Below are positions 1 to 13,202 of a stretch of 64,000 nt of DNA, one piece after another. The notes below the pieces were generated by a model, which ran no database searches, was not told the DNA's origin, and was given only the letters and a program-made list of their open reading frames with translations. The stretch spans positions 207,762,001 to 207,826,000 of the forward strand of contig CM097885.1 in the NCBI GenBank assembly GCA_044892525.1, given 5' to 3'. Both the position numbers and the translations under genes were made by a program. This DNA is from Schmidtea polychroa (Eukaryota). Position 1 is the first letter of the stretch; each line of letters begins with the position of its first letter.

Positions 1-21
1 TTAGGTCAGGCGTATTATCAA

Positions 22-2246
22 GTGGAGTTAGCTCCAGAAATTCAAGAGATGACTGCATTCAGTACAAGAGAAGGACAATTTTGCTTCAATAGACTACCAT
101 TTGGCTTAGCAACAGCTCCTGCGACATTCCAGAGACTGATGCACACAGTGCTAGAAGGAATGCTATTCAAGGGAGTAGTAGTTTATCTAGATGATATCTT
201 GGTATATGGTAAAAGTCAAAAAGACCACGATGAGCTATTAAGGGAAATATTCAGAAGAATTCAAGTGGCAGGACTGAAGATAAATCCAGAAAAATGCAAA
301 TTCAATAAAACAGAATTGTGTTTCCTTGGCCACACAATTAACGAGAAGGGTATCCAGACAAACAGGAAGAAAGTGGAAGAGATCGAGAAAGCAGAAGTAC
401 CAAAATGTTCAAAACAATTGAGATCGTGTCTCGGATTAACGAACTACTATAGAAGATTCATCAAAGACTATGCCAAAATCGCCGAACCATTATACGCTGC
501 AACATCTGGATGCGATAAAGATATAAATTGGACTAAAGAATGCAATGAGAGCTTCCAAACTCTGAAGAGACGGTTGTGCGAAGCACCTATCCTTGATTTT
601 CCAAGAGAAGATAGGACTTTTATCTTAGACACAGACGCTAGTTTTGGAGCCATTGGTGCAGTTTTGAGTCAAATTACAGAAGATGGAGAAGAATCTGTCA
701 TAGCTTATGGCTCGAGACATATGTCATCACATGAAAAGGGATACTGTGTAACCAGGAAAGAACTGCTCGCCGTACATGAATACGTCATGCATTTTAGAGA
801 ATATCTGTACGGAAAAAAATTCATAATTCGCACCGACCACAAGGCATTGGTTTTCATGAACACTACAAAAACGCCAATCAGTCCGCAGTTCCAAACATGG
901 TTAGCTAACCTGTCGGAATATGATTTTGAACTAAAATATCGGAAAGGAGAAGAACACTCGAATGCAGATGGACTATCAAGATTAAAAAGTATGATTTGCA
1001 CCCAGTGTCAAACAAGACATGAAGAAGCTAAGCAAGGAAAATCAAAGATTAGATATATATATACTATCCAAAGAACAGAAGCTATGGAAAAAGTATGGGA
1101 ACAACAACAAAAGGACATTCGGTTTCAAGAGCTGCGAGAGATATTGGAAAATGGATGTACACGGGAGAAAAAGAATTGTTTTCCTTTTAACGTAAAAAAT
1201 ACATGAATTGATGGAGGATTAATAACAGTAGAAAAGAACAAAAATATCTTAATGTTAGTCCCAGAAACATTTGCAGGCCTGTTAACAACAACACTACATG
1301 AAGAACTATGTCACATTGGAGTTAAGAAATTATTTCATTATGTGGAAAAGATATTTTATTGGCCGAAAATGCAAGAAACAATCCAACTCTGTTTACGATG
1401 TTGCGAGATCTGCGCTAAGAGAAAGATCGATCAGACAAGAACCAAGGAAACATTTATTCCTAGATATAGCTCTGAATTCCTAGAACAGATTGTTTTAGAT
1501 GTGGCTTACATGGAAATAAACGCCATGAAAAAATATATGGTAGTAATGGTGGACCGTTTTAGCAAACTGATTTCTTTAACTGCAATCACAAAGCAAGACG
1601 AAGGGACCATTTTCAAAACAATACTTAATAGTTGGATCTATCGATTTGGAAAACCGAAGAGCATTTTAACAGATAGAGGCCGAAATTTCGAAGGGAATTT
1701 CCTAAGACAGAAGCTACAGAAACTTGGAATCAAACAGGAATTCAGCTCACCTTATCAGCACCAATCAAATGGTTTAGCCGAAAGAGCCATACGAACGATA
1801 AGAGATCTTATTACAGCAACATTGGCAGGCGGATGTGAAGAGAGAAACTGGCACGAATAGAGTTCACCATAAATAGCAGTCGACAAAGTGCTACAGGTTT
1901 ATCACCATTTGAGATAATCTATGGACGGAGTGTTAACCTACACTCTAACCTGAAACAAGCCGAGATATCAAGAAGCGAAAGAATCGAAGACGCGAGATTT
2001 AATTCGAGTAAAGCCGCAGACACTATGAGAGCCATGGATAAGACAAAGAGGGGCACTCGTGTTTTCGAGGTGGGGGAGGAGGTACTCGTACGTAAAGAGC
2101 CGCAGAACAGGCACAAGGATGGTATGCAATACGATGGCCCATATAAAATCGCCAGATTTCTATCACCTCATCGAGTCGAACTACATTCACAAGAAGGAAC
2201 GAAAGAAAGAAGAATCGAGTGGCTGAAGAAGTGGAAAAATTCTTAA
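22..2246 (+). pseudogene. pol: Ty3/gypsy pol fragment (RT, RNase H, integrase, GPY/F tail), 5'-truncated by the window edge and disrupted
   Basis: RT motifs LPFGLATAP and YLDD; RNase H LDTDAS...ELLAV...TDH...NADGLS; integrase H..LCH/C..C, LDVAY, TDRG, NGLAER; GPY tail. In-frame stop at 1204-1206, stop at 1858-1860 and a broken C-terminal part. Confidence 0.95.
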
Positions 2247-2258
2247 GAAGGGGAGAGT
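2246..2258 (+). promoter_or_regulatory. Polypurine tract of the gypsy element
   Basis: AAGAAGGGGAGAG directly after the pol stop and before an LTR-like start (GTTAGAT). Confidence 0.7.
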
Positions 2259-2409
2259 TAGATATCTGTTTGTTTAAATAATTTGGAATTGGCGGTTTTG
2301 CGAATTAATTAAAACTTGTTATTTAGAAATTCTTTGATTAAATATATATTGTTAGTTTCGAGATTTTTGCTGCAAATTTAAAGATGGATCTAAAGATGGA
2401 TTTAACTGG

Positions 2410-2620
2410 TGTAATGCCACATACATTGGAGAGACTTCTCGTTATTTCCGTACTCGAGTTCAAGAACACTGTCGACCGATATTAAGGATCATAATAAAGT
2501 CTGTATGAGAGTATTAGGAATGTTGGATGTGATATGTGAAGCATTATTGATAAGAACTTTTAATCCTAAAATCAATGTGCAAAATGCAGTGAATACGTAT
2601 GTGTTGAATGTTTTTAATTA
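2410..2620 (+). pseudogene. Penelope-like element GIY-YIG endonuclease remnant
   Basis: Translates as CNATYIGETSRYFRTRVQEH, then in a shifted frame CEALLIRTFNPKINVQ*, matching the YIGET.R...R..EH ... E...I....P..N pattern of Penelope C-termini; internally deleted. Confidence 0.75.
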
Positions 2621-3149
2621 AGTTTTTGCATGTTGATGAATATTAATAATAGTTATGTTAAATAATTAAAAAAATAATTAAAATAATATTTTTAAATAAT
2701 TTTAAAAGTTTAAAATAATTGATTGTTGAAAATTATTTTTAAAAATAGTTATTTAAATTGTTATTTATAATTTAAAAATTTATAGATTTTATAATTTGTT
2801 TAAATTTATAGCGAAAATTATAAATATATTCAAGGATCATAGGAAAGTGATAAGCATGTCGATAATTGAAAATGACCGATCTACATAATGAATAAGCCCG
2901 ATGGTTCTCAACCTAATATAAAACAGGAATTGGTTTAAAAAATATGTTTCCATTCGATTATTAAATATTCGATTATTAAATACGCAAAAATCACTTCATT
3001 TTTTAGTTATTTATTATAAATATTTATTCAAGAAATTTAAATTTAGCGACAAAATTTGAAAACAACACAAAACAACATCCAGACGAATATAAGTAATTAT
3101 TTTATATTGTTTGACTGATAAATAATTAAATCGATTATTAAATTATTGA

Positions 3150-3545
3150 ATTGATTATTAAACTAATAAAACATAATTGTGGTTAAGGAAAAAATTACTA
3201 TTAATAAAACAGTAATCTAAAAAGGTCACGAAATATTAAACTAATAAAACAATTACACATAATTCGAAATAAAAATCAATAATTAACGAAACGATTTATT
3301 AACGGGAATAAAGTATATGACTTCGACAAATTTCCTTAACATTATTAATTAACATTATATAATTGATTATTAAACTAAAAAAACATAATTGTGGTTAAGG
3401 AAAAAATTACTATTAATAAAACAGTATTTATCTAAAAAGGTCACAAAATATTAAATTAATTAAATTAAATATTAAATTTATTAAAAATCAATAATTAACA
3501 CAACGATTTATTAAAACGATAAAGTTTATTACTTCGACAAATTTC
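3150..3545. repeat. Imperfect ~210-bp tandem duplication, AT-rich
   Basis: ttgattattaaacta..aaacataattgtggttaaggaaaaaattactattaataaaacagta...acttcgacaaatttc occurs twice, starting near 3151 and 3362. Confidence 0.85.
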
Positions 3546-4503
3546 TTTGCATTATATATTTCATAATTTCTTTAATTTACAGTGAATTTAGATATTTTAT
3601 CATCTATTAATCAATTTTTTGACTTATTTATCAAGCCCTCATAGATAAAAACATTTTTGATAAATTTCAATTTAAATCAAAAAACTTTTGAAACACAATA
3701 CAACTAAGTCAAAAAAGTAAATTTTATGTGAATTTTACGCATTTCTTTTAAAATATTTTAAAATTTTTACGAGATTCACACTTTAGGAATCACTGAATCC
3801 AAAACGTAGATATTATTTAATATTCTTCGAGCTTAATTCGTAATTAAAATTGTTTTTACATATATAATATCAAAAAAATCGGTCAAGTATTACAGAATGA
3901 TACAAGACCAAACATGGCGCAAAATGTATGGTATGGCTAGGTGTGTATCACATTAAATTTTTAACCACCTTGTTATTTTATTTGAAAGTCATCAGATGAT
4001 ATATCATGAGAACAATCTATTAGGGAATCAGAAAATAACAAAACATATTTATAAATAAAAATTTAAATATAGTATAAGAACTTTTGATTTTCACCCCTAA
4101 TTTCTTTTCATTTTCTATTGATACTATTTTTATGAAAAAACTGACTACGAATCAATAAAGATATAAAAAAATGTCAATATCTTTACTGATTCATAGTCAA
4201 TTATTTAATCATTTGAATATATATGTAAATAACATGATAATTGATTAGATTATAATTAAATGATAAATTATGCCTTTTGCTGCGAATAATATATTCAATA
4301 AAAATGAAAAATTTTCGATAGTCCTTAAGATAAAAATTGACAAGGACTATCTTATAGTTGAAAATTTTTACATTTGTATTAAATATATTATTCGCAGCTA
4401 AAGATTTAATTTATCATTTAATTGTTTAAAATTTATTTAATACAGCTACCGAGGAAACATCACTTTATATTTGATTAGATTATACTTCGCAAAAAATTAA
4501 TTT

Positions 4504-5681
4504 CTAACCGCCACTATTTTTCAAGATAGAATTTTCTTCCACTACTTGGTCGTAAAGCTTTTTAAGATTATGACAATTTTGATTAACTTGTTCGAGCTTT
4601 TCCTCGGCCATTTCTTTGTCGATTGTAATCATTTCGATTTCTTCCTCTCCTGATTTCATCATATCACGATAACTATCAAACTCATTTTTAATTCTTTCTT
4701 CTCTCTTAAATAATAATTGTTTCATCTAACAAGATCACTATAAAACGTTCGAACCTCTTTAGCATCCAGTAATTCCTTCTGTAGCTCTTTGTTTACTTTC
4801 TCTAAATCTGCGCATCGTTTATATTCTTTTTTCTTGAGGATTTGTAGAGTTTCATTTTTTTCTTTTAAATCCTTAATTTCTTTATCTTTATCTAAATGAG
4901 AAAGTGAATTTGTAGTAGAGAATCCAATATTTTTTGAGTGAATAAATTGATTTTCCTTTCCTTGTCGGTTTTCACAAGTAACTGGTTTAGAAGCTAAAGT
5001 ATTTCGTCGTGGATATTTTAAACTGGTTATTTTAGTTTGTTGTTTTCCATGCTCCATTTGATTTGTCATTTCATGAGTCAATAGTAGACTTTTCGGTACA
5101 TAAGAGTTATTATTAACGTGTTCATCATTTGGATCTTTTTCAAAAATTGTTAAAAGATGTGGATTTGCAGGTTCGTTTATTAGAAATTTATGGTGAAATT
5201 TGTTTTCTTTTTCTATTTCGTTATTTCCGACAGTATTTCTTCGATAATCCTTAGGAATTTTTACATTACGATGCATATTTTCTAGTTCTATTTGGCTTTG
5301 CTTGAAATTTTCGTGTGGTTTCAATTTCAAAGTAGCAGAGTTATTGTGAAATTTCAAAGTAGAATTGTCAATTTGACTTGAATTTTCATGTTTTGTCGCC
5401 GATGTCGTATTTTCCTTGATAATTTCTTTAGTCATTGATTCCTGAATTATATTGTCAATGGGTAATTGAACATGAGTTTCTATCGTTTTTAAATTTGATG
5501 AAATTGTATTTCTTCGAAAATCATTAGCAAATTTTGAATAAGATTTAAGTTCTAAATTTGTGCGATTGTTTGAATAAATTGTCGAAGAAGCTGTTGTAAT
5601 TATATCATTAACTTTACGACTGTCAATGTTTTCAAAGCTTGAAACAAAATTTTGTGTCGGTAATTCCCGATTCTCACTATC
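4504..5681 (-). CDS. Internal exons of a host protein with a low-complexity region and a coiled coil (partial gene)
   Basis: The frame of ORF 4722-5435 stays open back to a TTTTTTTTCAG acceptor at ~5682. It is S/T/N-rich, then E/K heptad-rich, and a second coiled-coil exon lies at 4504-4725. Exon limits are approximate. Confidence 0.6.
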
Positions 5682-6169
5682 TGAAAAAAAACATTCATAT
5701 TATATTGAAAATTTAAATCAATAAAATTCCGTTGCCTAAATCAGGTGGCATGAAATAATATTCATTCTGAAATTCGATATTATTTATTTTTATAAACAGA
5801 TATTTAGGGCTAATTAAGTCAACGTTTTACAACTTTTTGTACCATTTTCAAAGTCCATACTCTCAAAAACTAACTAATAACACTTGATAAAGACAGTCCT
5901 GAAAATTTATGTTGCATAGACAATTAATAATTTATATATTATAATGAAAATAAATAAAATATCAAAAAAAAGAAAACAGATGAAAAGTGACTGTTGTTAA
6001 ATGAATTGGATCATTCTCTACTTGGGATGTGTGCATCCAATCAAATCTTTAGGGTGCATTTTTATGTGTCTACACCAAACACCACTGAGATACATTCTCT
6101 ACACCCGTTTCCACATGTTAAAAGTCTTTATAATACATGTTGGTGTGTTCATCTATCGATGACTCACCA

Positions 6170-7870
6170 TTTATGAGAATGTTTATTTCATTTTTTCATT
6201 CTCAATTCAATTTTATTTATGGTTTTAGAAGTAAGTTTTTTAAATTTAAGTATATTTTAAGGCTTGAATTTTGATTTCATATAATTATGAGATCATTATT
6301 CAAGCTCTTAAATAATACTTGTAATCAGCATTTATAATATATTTATAATATATTGATAATTAAATTTCAGGTGCTTTTTTAGGTATTTTATGATATGTTA
6401 TGAATTTGGAATTATTTCAATAAAATGTAAGTTATATATATTTTTAACTAAAAAGAAATAAAATAATCACCAAAAACATTTATTTTTTTAAGAAATAATG
6501 GTTCCAATCGATTTTTTGGAGATTCCCAGTAATCTTCCAAAATCTTTATAATTTTCTCCATTTTCATATGGATTGATGAGACGGATTTTGTCATTTTCTG
6601 AAATTCTTTGAAAATATTATTTTTTTTTTAGTTATTAAAATTTACGATTTTCGAATTTTTTTCTTCAATTCCAAAAATGTCGATGGAACTTGTTGAATAT
6701 CTTCACACAAAGGCGTTTGACTAGAAATATCTGATATGCTGTAAAATATTTTAATTATTTGTAATTAAATAAAAAAATTCTTACATTGTCAGATCTTCAC
6801 CTTCGCAAAATGGAAATGTCTCCAAAGAAATATCTGAAAATCTAAAGAAATATTAACTTCAAAAATATTTTATAAATAGATCTTACGATGTTTTGTCGTC
6901 CATTTCTCAAAAACTCAAAGTTGAGTTGTCAGATTCAAAATCCAAATTTTTTTCAGCCATGAATTTTAATAATTTTAAATTAATGATATGTTAACAGTAT
7001 GTTAATGACTCTCTACTTTCGGAACAAAAAAAGCTATATTAAATTTGCGTGTATTTTATATTATGTGTCCTGTGTTTGTATGTAAAATTATTTTTCTGTC
7101 ACTTTCTCAATTCCTATAATAAAACTTTCTACATTCGGAACATTAAATTTTTGCACACAGGTAAGTTTGTGTGTTGCTATAATATAATTTTATCGATTTT
7201 TTTTTTAGATTATAGAAACTCTTATATTGTGGAAACGGGTGTATAGTGGTGGTTGGCGTGTAGAACAATTTCTCTTACCAATTTACTGTGAATCATCTTC
7301 ATCAATTTACATTCATTTACTGAATTGCTTACAATAATGAATGTTTTTTGGAAATTTATTTTAGCCATTTTAGAAATGGCTTTCAGGTAAGATATTTAAT
7401 TTTAAGTAAAGTTTAAGTCTTGAATTTTGATCCATATAGATATGAGATCATTATTCAAGTTCTTAAATTTTACTTTTAGTCAACATTATAATTATAAATT
7501 ATTTTTAATTAATTTTCAGGGATTTTTGATATTTTATGACAAGTATTTTGGAATATTTTCGAAAAAATGTGAGTTAGATATGTTTTTAATTATAATTAAA
7601 TAAATGAATTACCAAAAATGTGTACTTTTCTAAAACATTTTGGGAAAAATCCCCGAATAATAAAAATAAAATAATTTTTGTAATTTTTTTTTCTGAGCTC
7701 AATATGAGGAGCTTCTTTCAGGAAAGGAAATATGGATTGAAAAGACATTGAACAAAATTCATCTGCTCTTGAAATTTCATTAAAAATATATTTTTAAAAA
7801 TTTTCAGCGATCTTTTTTTATCCAAAAATTGTCTAAAATAGAATTATTATAGAAATGTATCTCAGCGGTG
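6170..7870. repeat. Diverged ~1.15-kb direct duplication containing small minus-strand exon-like blocks
   Basis: gtaag...ttgaattttgat..cata..attatgagatcattattcaag.tcttaaat occurs near both 6230 and 7387; atatggattga..agac occurs near both 6567 and 7730. Confidence 0.6.
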
Positions 7871-8309
7871 CATTTCGATGAATCAAGTTTGTATGTGTTT
7901 TTTAGTATGTCTTGCGTTTGTGTGCAGTTTTTAATTTTTCTTCCACTTTTCAGATTTCTATAGTATAGGATGTATCTGACTGCACTCTAAATGAGAACAT
8001 CAACGTGAAATCAGAGTAAGTATGTATGTAATAATGTAAGATTATTGATTTTTTTTGTTATATTATAGGAAATGCATCTCAGTGGCGTTTGGTGTATACA
8101 GTGTGTCGCAGTGTGAGGTGTGTATGCCGTCAGGTTTGATGTGTATTGTTTTGTGTTTTTCGGAATTTATTGGAATTATTTTTGAAGTGAATTGTTAATT
8201 GTTTTTTGTTTGAATAATGATTGAAAACAGTAAGAATTTAAATTTGGTATTGTAAATAATGCATAAAATATTAATAATGACGTGAACAGTACAATTTCTT
8301 TCGCAGATA

Positions 8310-10876
8310 CAGTAAACCCTCCAACTGCGCGGTTTCGCAATTGCGCGGCCAAACCTTTAATACCAAAATTTCGATCTGCGCGCTAAAAATTTCGTAGCTG
8401 CGCGGTTTTTTTTTGTTTTTGTCTATTTTAACAAGAAAAATCATGTCAATTTAATTTTTTATGGTGAATCCCGTAAAACTACGAATACATATGGTAGTGA
8501 AAATAGTGATTCATCGTATTTCGATGCACTGTATTTTTTATATAAAAATAATAAAGGCAGTTTCATTTTTCTAGTGATGTGGTTAGGATTAGGATGTAAA
8601 ATTACATAGTTTTAATTAATAGATATTTATACAAGTGTTTATTTAATTAAAAATATATTAGTATTAAATTCAAAAAAATCTTATTCGTGTGCATTAGATA
8701 TAACCGTAATAAAAAATTATTACATCAATTAAAGAGTGTTATAAAGTAAGTATAAATAAAATTTTTGATTTTTGATTTAATACTCATTTTGATTTAATAG
8801 GTTTTTAATAATTTCTACACCTTATATATAATAATGGAAAAAGCTGCCAAAAGAAAAATATTGACGTTAGAGGCAAAACTTGAAATTGTGAAGCAATTAG
8901 AAAATGGCGAAAAATGTCTGTTTTAGCTAAGAGACACAATATGAACGAATCCAGCATAAGGAGAATTAAATTGAATGCCGAAAAAATTAAAAGTTCAGTA
9001 GTTTGTTCTACATCGCTAGCTGCAAAAACATTAAAAAAACCACGAAATCCAATAACAGAGAAAACAGAAAAAGTGTTAAGCTTTTGGATTGAAGATCAAA
9101 ATCAAAAGAGAATGCCACTTAGTGCTGCTGTTATTCGAACTAAAGCGTTACTAGTATTTAATCGGTTACAAAAGGAAGAACCTGGGTCATCTAATTTAGG
9201 CGAATTTAAATTCGAATCGAGTAAAGGATGGTTTGAAAAGTTTAAACATCGCCAAAACTTACATAATATAAAATTTACATGCGAAGCAGCCAGTGCTGAT
9301 ACATTAGCTGCATCTTTATATCCAAAAACGTTAAAACATATCATTGATGGTTGTGGATATTTACCAAGCTAAGTTTTCAATGCTGATGAGACTGGCCTAT
9401 TTTGGAAAAGGATGCCTAGCAGAACATTTATATCTAAAGAGGAGAAATCTGCTCCGGGGTTCAAGGTTTCCAAAGATAGATTGACAGTTTTGTTTTGCGG
9501 TAATGCAGCAGGTGATTGTAAGAACAAACCACTAATAATTTATAAATCAGAAAATCCTCGTGTTTTTAAAGGCATATCAATGAACTCACTGCCAGTTCAT
9601 TGGGTATCAAATAAGAAAGCTTGGATGACTGCAAAGCTTTTTGAGAACTGGTTTTTAAATTGCTTTTGTGTAGAAGCTGAAACTTACTGTAAAGACAAAA
9701 ACATTGCTTTTAAGATTCTGTTGATTGTTGACAATGCACCAAGTCATCCACCACATTTAGCTGAATTACACCCCAATGTTAAAGTAATATTTCTGCCTCC
9801 AAATACGACATCTTTAATTCAGCCGATGGACCAAGGCATAATTGCCGCATTTAAGCTGTATTATCTTAGAAGGACTTTTCGGCAATTAATTGAAGCTACG
9901 GATGGCCCAGATAGTCTTTCAATTCGTGAGTATTGGCGACAGTATAATATTTTATCTTCCGTAAAAAATATTAAATTAGCATGGGATGAAGTTAAAAACT
10001 CAACCATGAATGCTGTATGGAAAAAATTATGGCCAGAAAGCTGCATTAGAGAAGCTGTTGTTGAAATGCCAGAAATTGTGGAAATTGTGACTTTAGGTAG
10101 AACAATTGGTGGGGACGGTTTTCAAAATTTAGAATCAGAAGATATCACGGAATTCCTTGTGTCAAATGAAGAAAATAATACTGTTGACGATATTTTGACA
10201 CAGTTCGGCGGTAATAATGATAAAAATGATGAAAGTGAAGATGTACAGATTACAGAAGAGAAAAAGTTTACTACCGATAAACTATCAAGTTTTTTAAAAC
10301 TTGGTAGTCAACTTGAACAGCAAGCTCTTAATATAGACCCTGATATGGAGCGTGCCTTAAAATTTCGGAGAAATCTGACAGCAGCTTTAGCACCATATGC
10401 TGAAATTTATAAAGAAAAACAAAAAGCTGGTAAGCAATCAGTGTTAACAAGCTTTCAAAAAATTATACAATCACAGCCAATAGAATCAAGCTCATCAGCA
10501 TGTAGCAGTGATTAATATAACGTTACTTATGTTAATTTTTATTTATGTTTAGTCGTTGAATTGAGACTGTTTTTTAGTTCTTGTATTGTTTTTTATAATT
10601 TTTATTTATGTTAAATTTTTATTAATTTTTATAATAGTAATATTAATTATGTAAAAGCAATGAATTGAGACTGTTTTTATTAGTTTTTATGTTTATATAA
10701 ATGTAAATATGTATATTAGTCGTTGAATAAAGACTTTTTATTATATTTTTTAATATTTTTGTAATATCTGGAACCTAACCCCATAATTACATATAAAATC
10801 GGGTTCACAGTGCGCGGTTTCGGTTTGCGCGTTGTTTTTGTGGAACGTATCTACCGCGCAGTTGGAGGGTTAACTG
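8310..10876 (+). mobile_element. Full-length Tigger/pogo (Tc1/mariner superfamily) DNA transposon
   Basis: 24-bp TIRs, CAGTAAACCCTCCAACTGCGCGGT (8310-8333) and its inverse (10853-10876), with one mismatch; flanked by TA on both sides (8308-8309, 10877-10878). Confidence 0.95.
8834..10515 (+). pseudogene. Tigger/pogo transposase (CENP-B-type HTHs + DDE_1), inactivated
   Basis: MEKAAKRKILTLEAKLEIVKQLENGEK; SKGWFEKFKHR; VFNADETGLFWKRMPSRTF; LIVDNAPSHP; LPPNTTSLIQPMDQGII. One 1-bp frameshift at ~8913 and one in-frame TAA at 9370-9372. Confidence 0.95.
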
Positions 10877-11357
10877 TAATTTAAATAAAGTAAATAATAA
10901 AATGTTGGATGAGAATAATGTATTTAGAAACAATTTTAGTAATAGAATTGTTGGAAATATATAGAGTTGAAAGAAATATGCTGAAAACAAATTTTAAAAA
11001 AGCGAATCAATGTGATATTATAGAAAATGTTGTGAAAAAATTAAATAGAATTAGTATTTAATTTCCAGTTTTAAATAGATTTAAATAATATAATAAAGTA
11101 GATAATAAAATTATAAATTAAAATAATAAATTAAATATATTTAAGAATGATTGAAAATTAAAATATCAAAATTTTATTGAATGCTTGTGTACGAATATTC
11201 CTTATTCAAATATTAACTCATGCTTGCGAAAATATCCTCAAAGCTAAAAACAGATTGTTTAAATAAGAGAGATTTTGTGTTGTTTTTAACAATATAGTTT
11301 TGTTTTGTTTTTGAAATATTAAGGATGTTACTAATTTAAGAAATCAAACATCTAATA

Positions 11358-11630
11358 TGGCGACCAAGATGGCCAATTTTATCAAAGCACCGGAAACATT
11401 TCGAGGTGGGAACCGATGTTGAAGATTTCATCAAGGAAACCGAGAGATTTTTCGAATTAATGTCGATAGCTGAGGACTTCAAACGTAGATTTGTCAAAGC
11501 TTTCTCATCAACAGATGCAATTAAGAAATATGATTCAACCGATAGAAACAAAATTATATGGATAGACTGAGAGAAACCTTCAAAAAACCAATGAATCTGA
11601 TGAAAGACTTAAGTGAAGCTTTTGAGTAAA
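11358..11630 (+). pseudogene. gag: PBS-like site and gag 5' remnant of a gypsy-type LTR element
   Basis: LTR-end-like ATCTAATA, then TGGCGACCAAG, then ATG at 11369 reading MANFIKAPETFRGG-DVEDFIKETERFFELM with a frameshift; quickly truncated. Confidence 0.65.
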
Positions 11631-11635
11631 TTTTG

Positions 11636-12105
11636 ATTGATGGTGGAGTTCATGAATGTTTGCTTCATAATTTGTTCATAATTGGAATTATTATAGAAAT
11701 ACAAGATAATTATGAAAACATTCTGAGTTTGGTCTACACTGAAGTTGAATGAGTGCTCATCTCATTTCACAATTTCAATAGACTTGAGGCTGACAAATAT
11801 TTTAATGTGTATTATGATTCATGGCTCAACACATCCTTAATCATAATGTAAAACTCCTACTAATGATTTGACAAGTATTGGATCACACTGTACAATAGAA
11901 AATATTCGATATCATTTTTGGGATTGTTATGGTGAACAACAGAGCAAAACTAAGGAACACTTGAATGTCATTTATCCATACCTTGTAACAAATAAGAAGA
12001 AACATACTGCATATAATAGCTTGCTGAAAATCATTCCACCACCAATGCTACACTCACTTTTAAGTCCATGCAACACAATATGCAAAAGGTTAAATTCGGT
12101 GTAGG
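11636..12105 (+). pseudogene. Degenerate Transib/Chapaev-like (RAG1-related) DDE transposase remnant
   Basis: Broken frames give LFIIGIIIEIQDNYENIL, HGSTHP*S*C (degenerate C..C), TIENIRYHF...HLNVIYPYL and IIPPPMLHSLL..CN, in the order expected for that group (ENYENL, HPCxxC, NVIHPPL, PPPxLHxxLG). Confidence 0.5.
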
Positions 12106-12829
12106 AAGACTCAATGAATTCTCGTATGATACTTTTGACGAATGTAGGCCTTGTTGCATCAATATGTCCCATAGAAGCTGTTTTCAGGAGTTTTCATAAG
12201 GTCATTTTACTTTTTAAATATTTACTTAATTATACCTATTTTTTAAAATTCATGTTGTTTCATATGGCTATAGTACGGATGTGCATATAGACTACCAGCT
12301 GGCAATCCTGGAATTTAAAGATGACTAACTGACTTGAAATTCAGTGTTACACTTAAAGTTCGTGCTATCTATTTTGTGAAATGAGAATATTTAGTTTGGG
12401 TCCCTGATACATAAAGGCTTTAAAATGTCTTCGTGATTTTACATACGCATGGTGATCACATTGGCTATAGTTGTAAATATTATCAAGCTTTGTGTTTAGA
12501 ATAGTTGTAAATTATTGTGAAATCGACTTTTATTGTTTTATCATCTTTTTTAGAAAGATTAATACGGAACAAATAAAAATAAAGTCACCAATGAAAAATT
12601 TACAATTTAGTCCTAAATGAATAAGTTGGTAGTAAAAAATCAAAAAATATTAAAAATAGAATCGGGTGCTTTTTGTATCATCTTATATATAAGCATAATA
12701 TACATCTTATGAATGCTTTTATGCTGAATTCAATGAGGTTAAAAAATTTTGAGAAATATTTTATATATTTAATTTAAGATTCATAATTGTCATAAATTAA
12801 TTTAAAACTAACAGTTATTCAATAACTTT

Positions 12830-13202
12830 TCATGGGTTAAATATCCAGCTGAAGGCAACTCTATCGATTTGATTTTACTCAACTAATATTAAAAATTAAA
12901 TTTAAATAATTCAAATAATTCATTTATACTTGAGATCGACGTGCAAATATTCCATGTTTTTCTTTGCATTTGAAATAAGAAATCCCATCCATAGTGCCAT
13001 CAGTTCTACCATCAGCAGTACGCAATTCAATTCCATAAAAAGTTCCTATCGAATTGATAAGATCAATACATTGGGAAATATCAAAACATAAAAAAGCAAA
13101 ACCTTTAGCTGAAGCTGTCGAACCAATAAATCTAACAATTCCTTCCAATTTAGAATTATATAAAACACAATCCCCAATTTGGATTTCATTAATCATTTCC
13201 AA
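12830..13202 (-). CDS. 5' exons of a host CAP-Gly domain protein (p150Glued/CLIP-like)
   Basis: IGDCVLYNSKLEGIVRFIGST...G-[intron]-TFYGIELRTADGRTDGTMDGISYFKCKEKHGIFAR is a CAP-Gly domain. An in-frame 57-bp GT-AG intron lies at 13046-13102, and another GT intron follows RSQ. Confidence 0.85.

Noticed and set aside
2025-2246. Chromodomain at the end of the first gypsy integrase
   Set aside because: The sequence fits the GPY/F module and ends there; no chromodomain aromatic-cage pattern follows.
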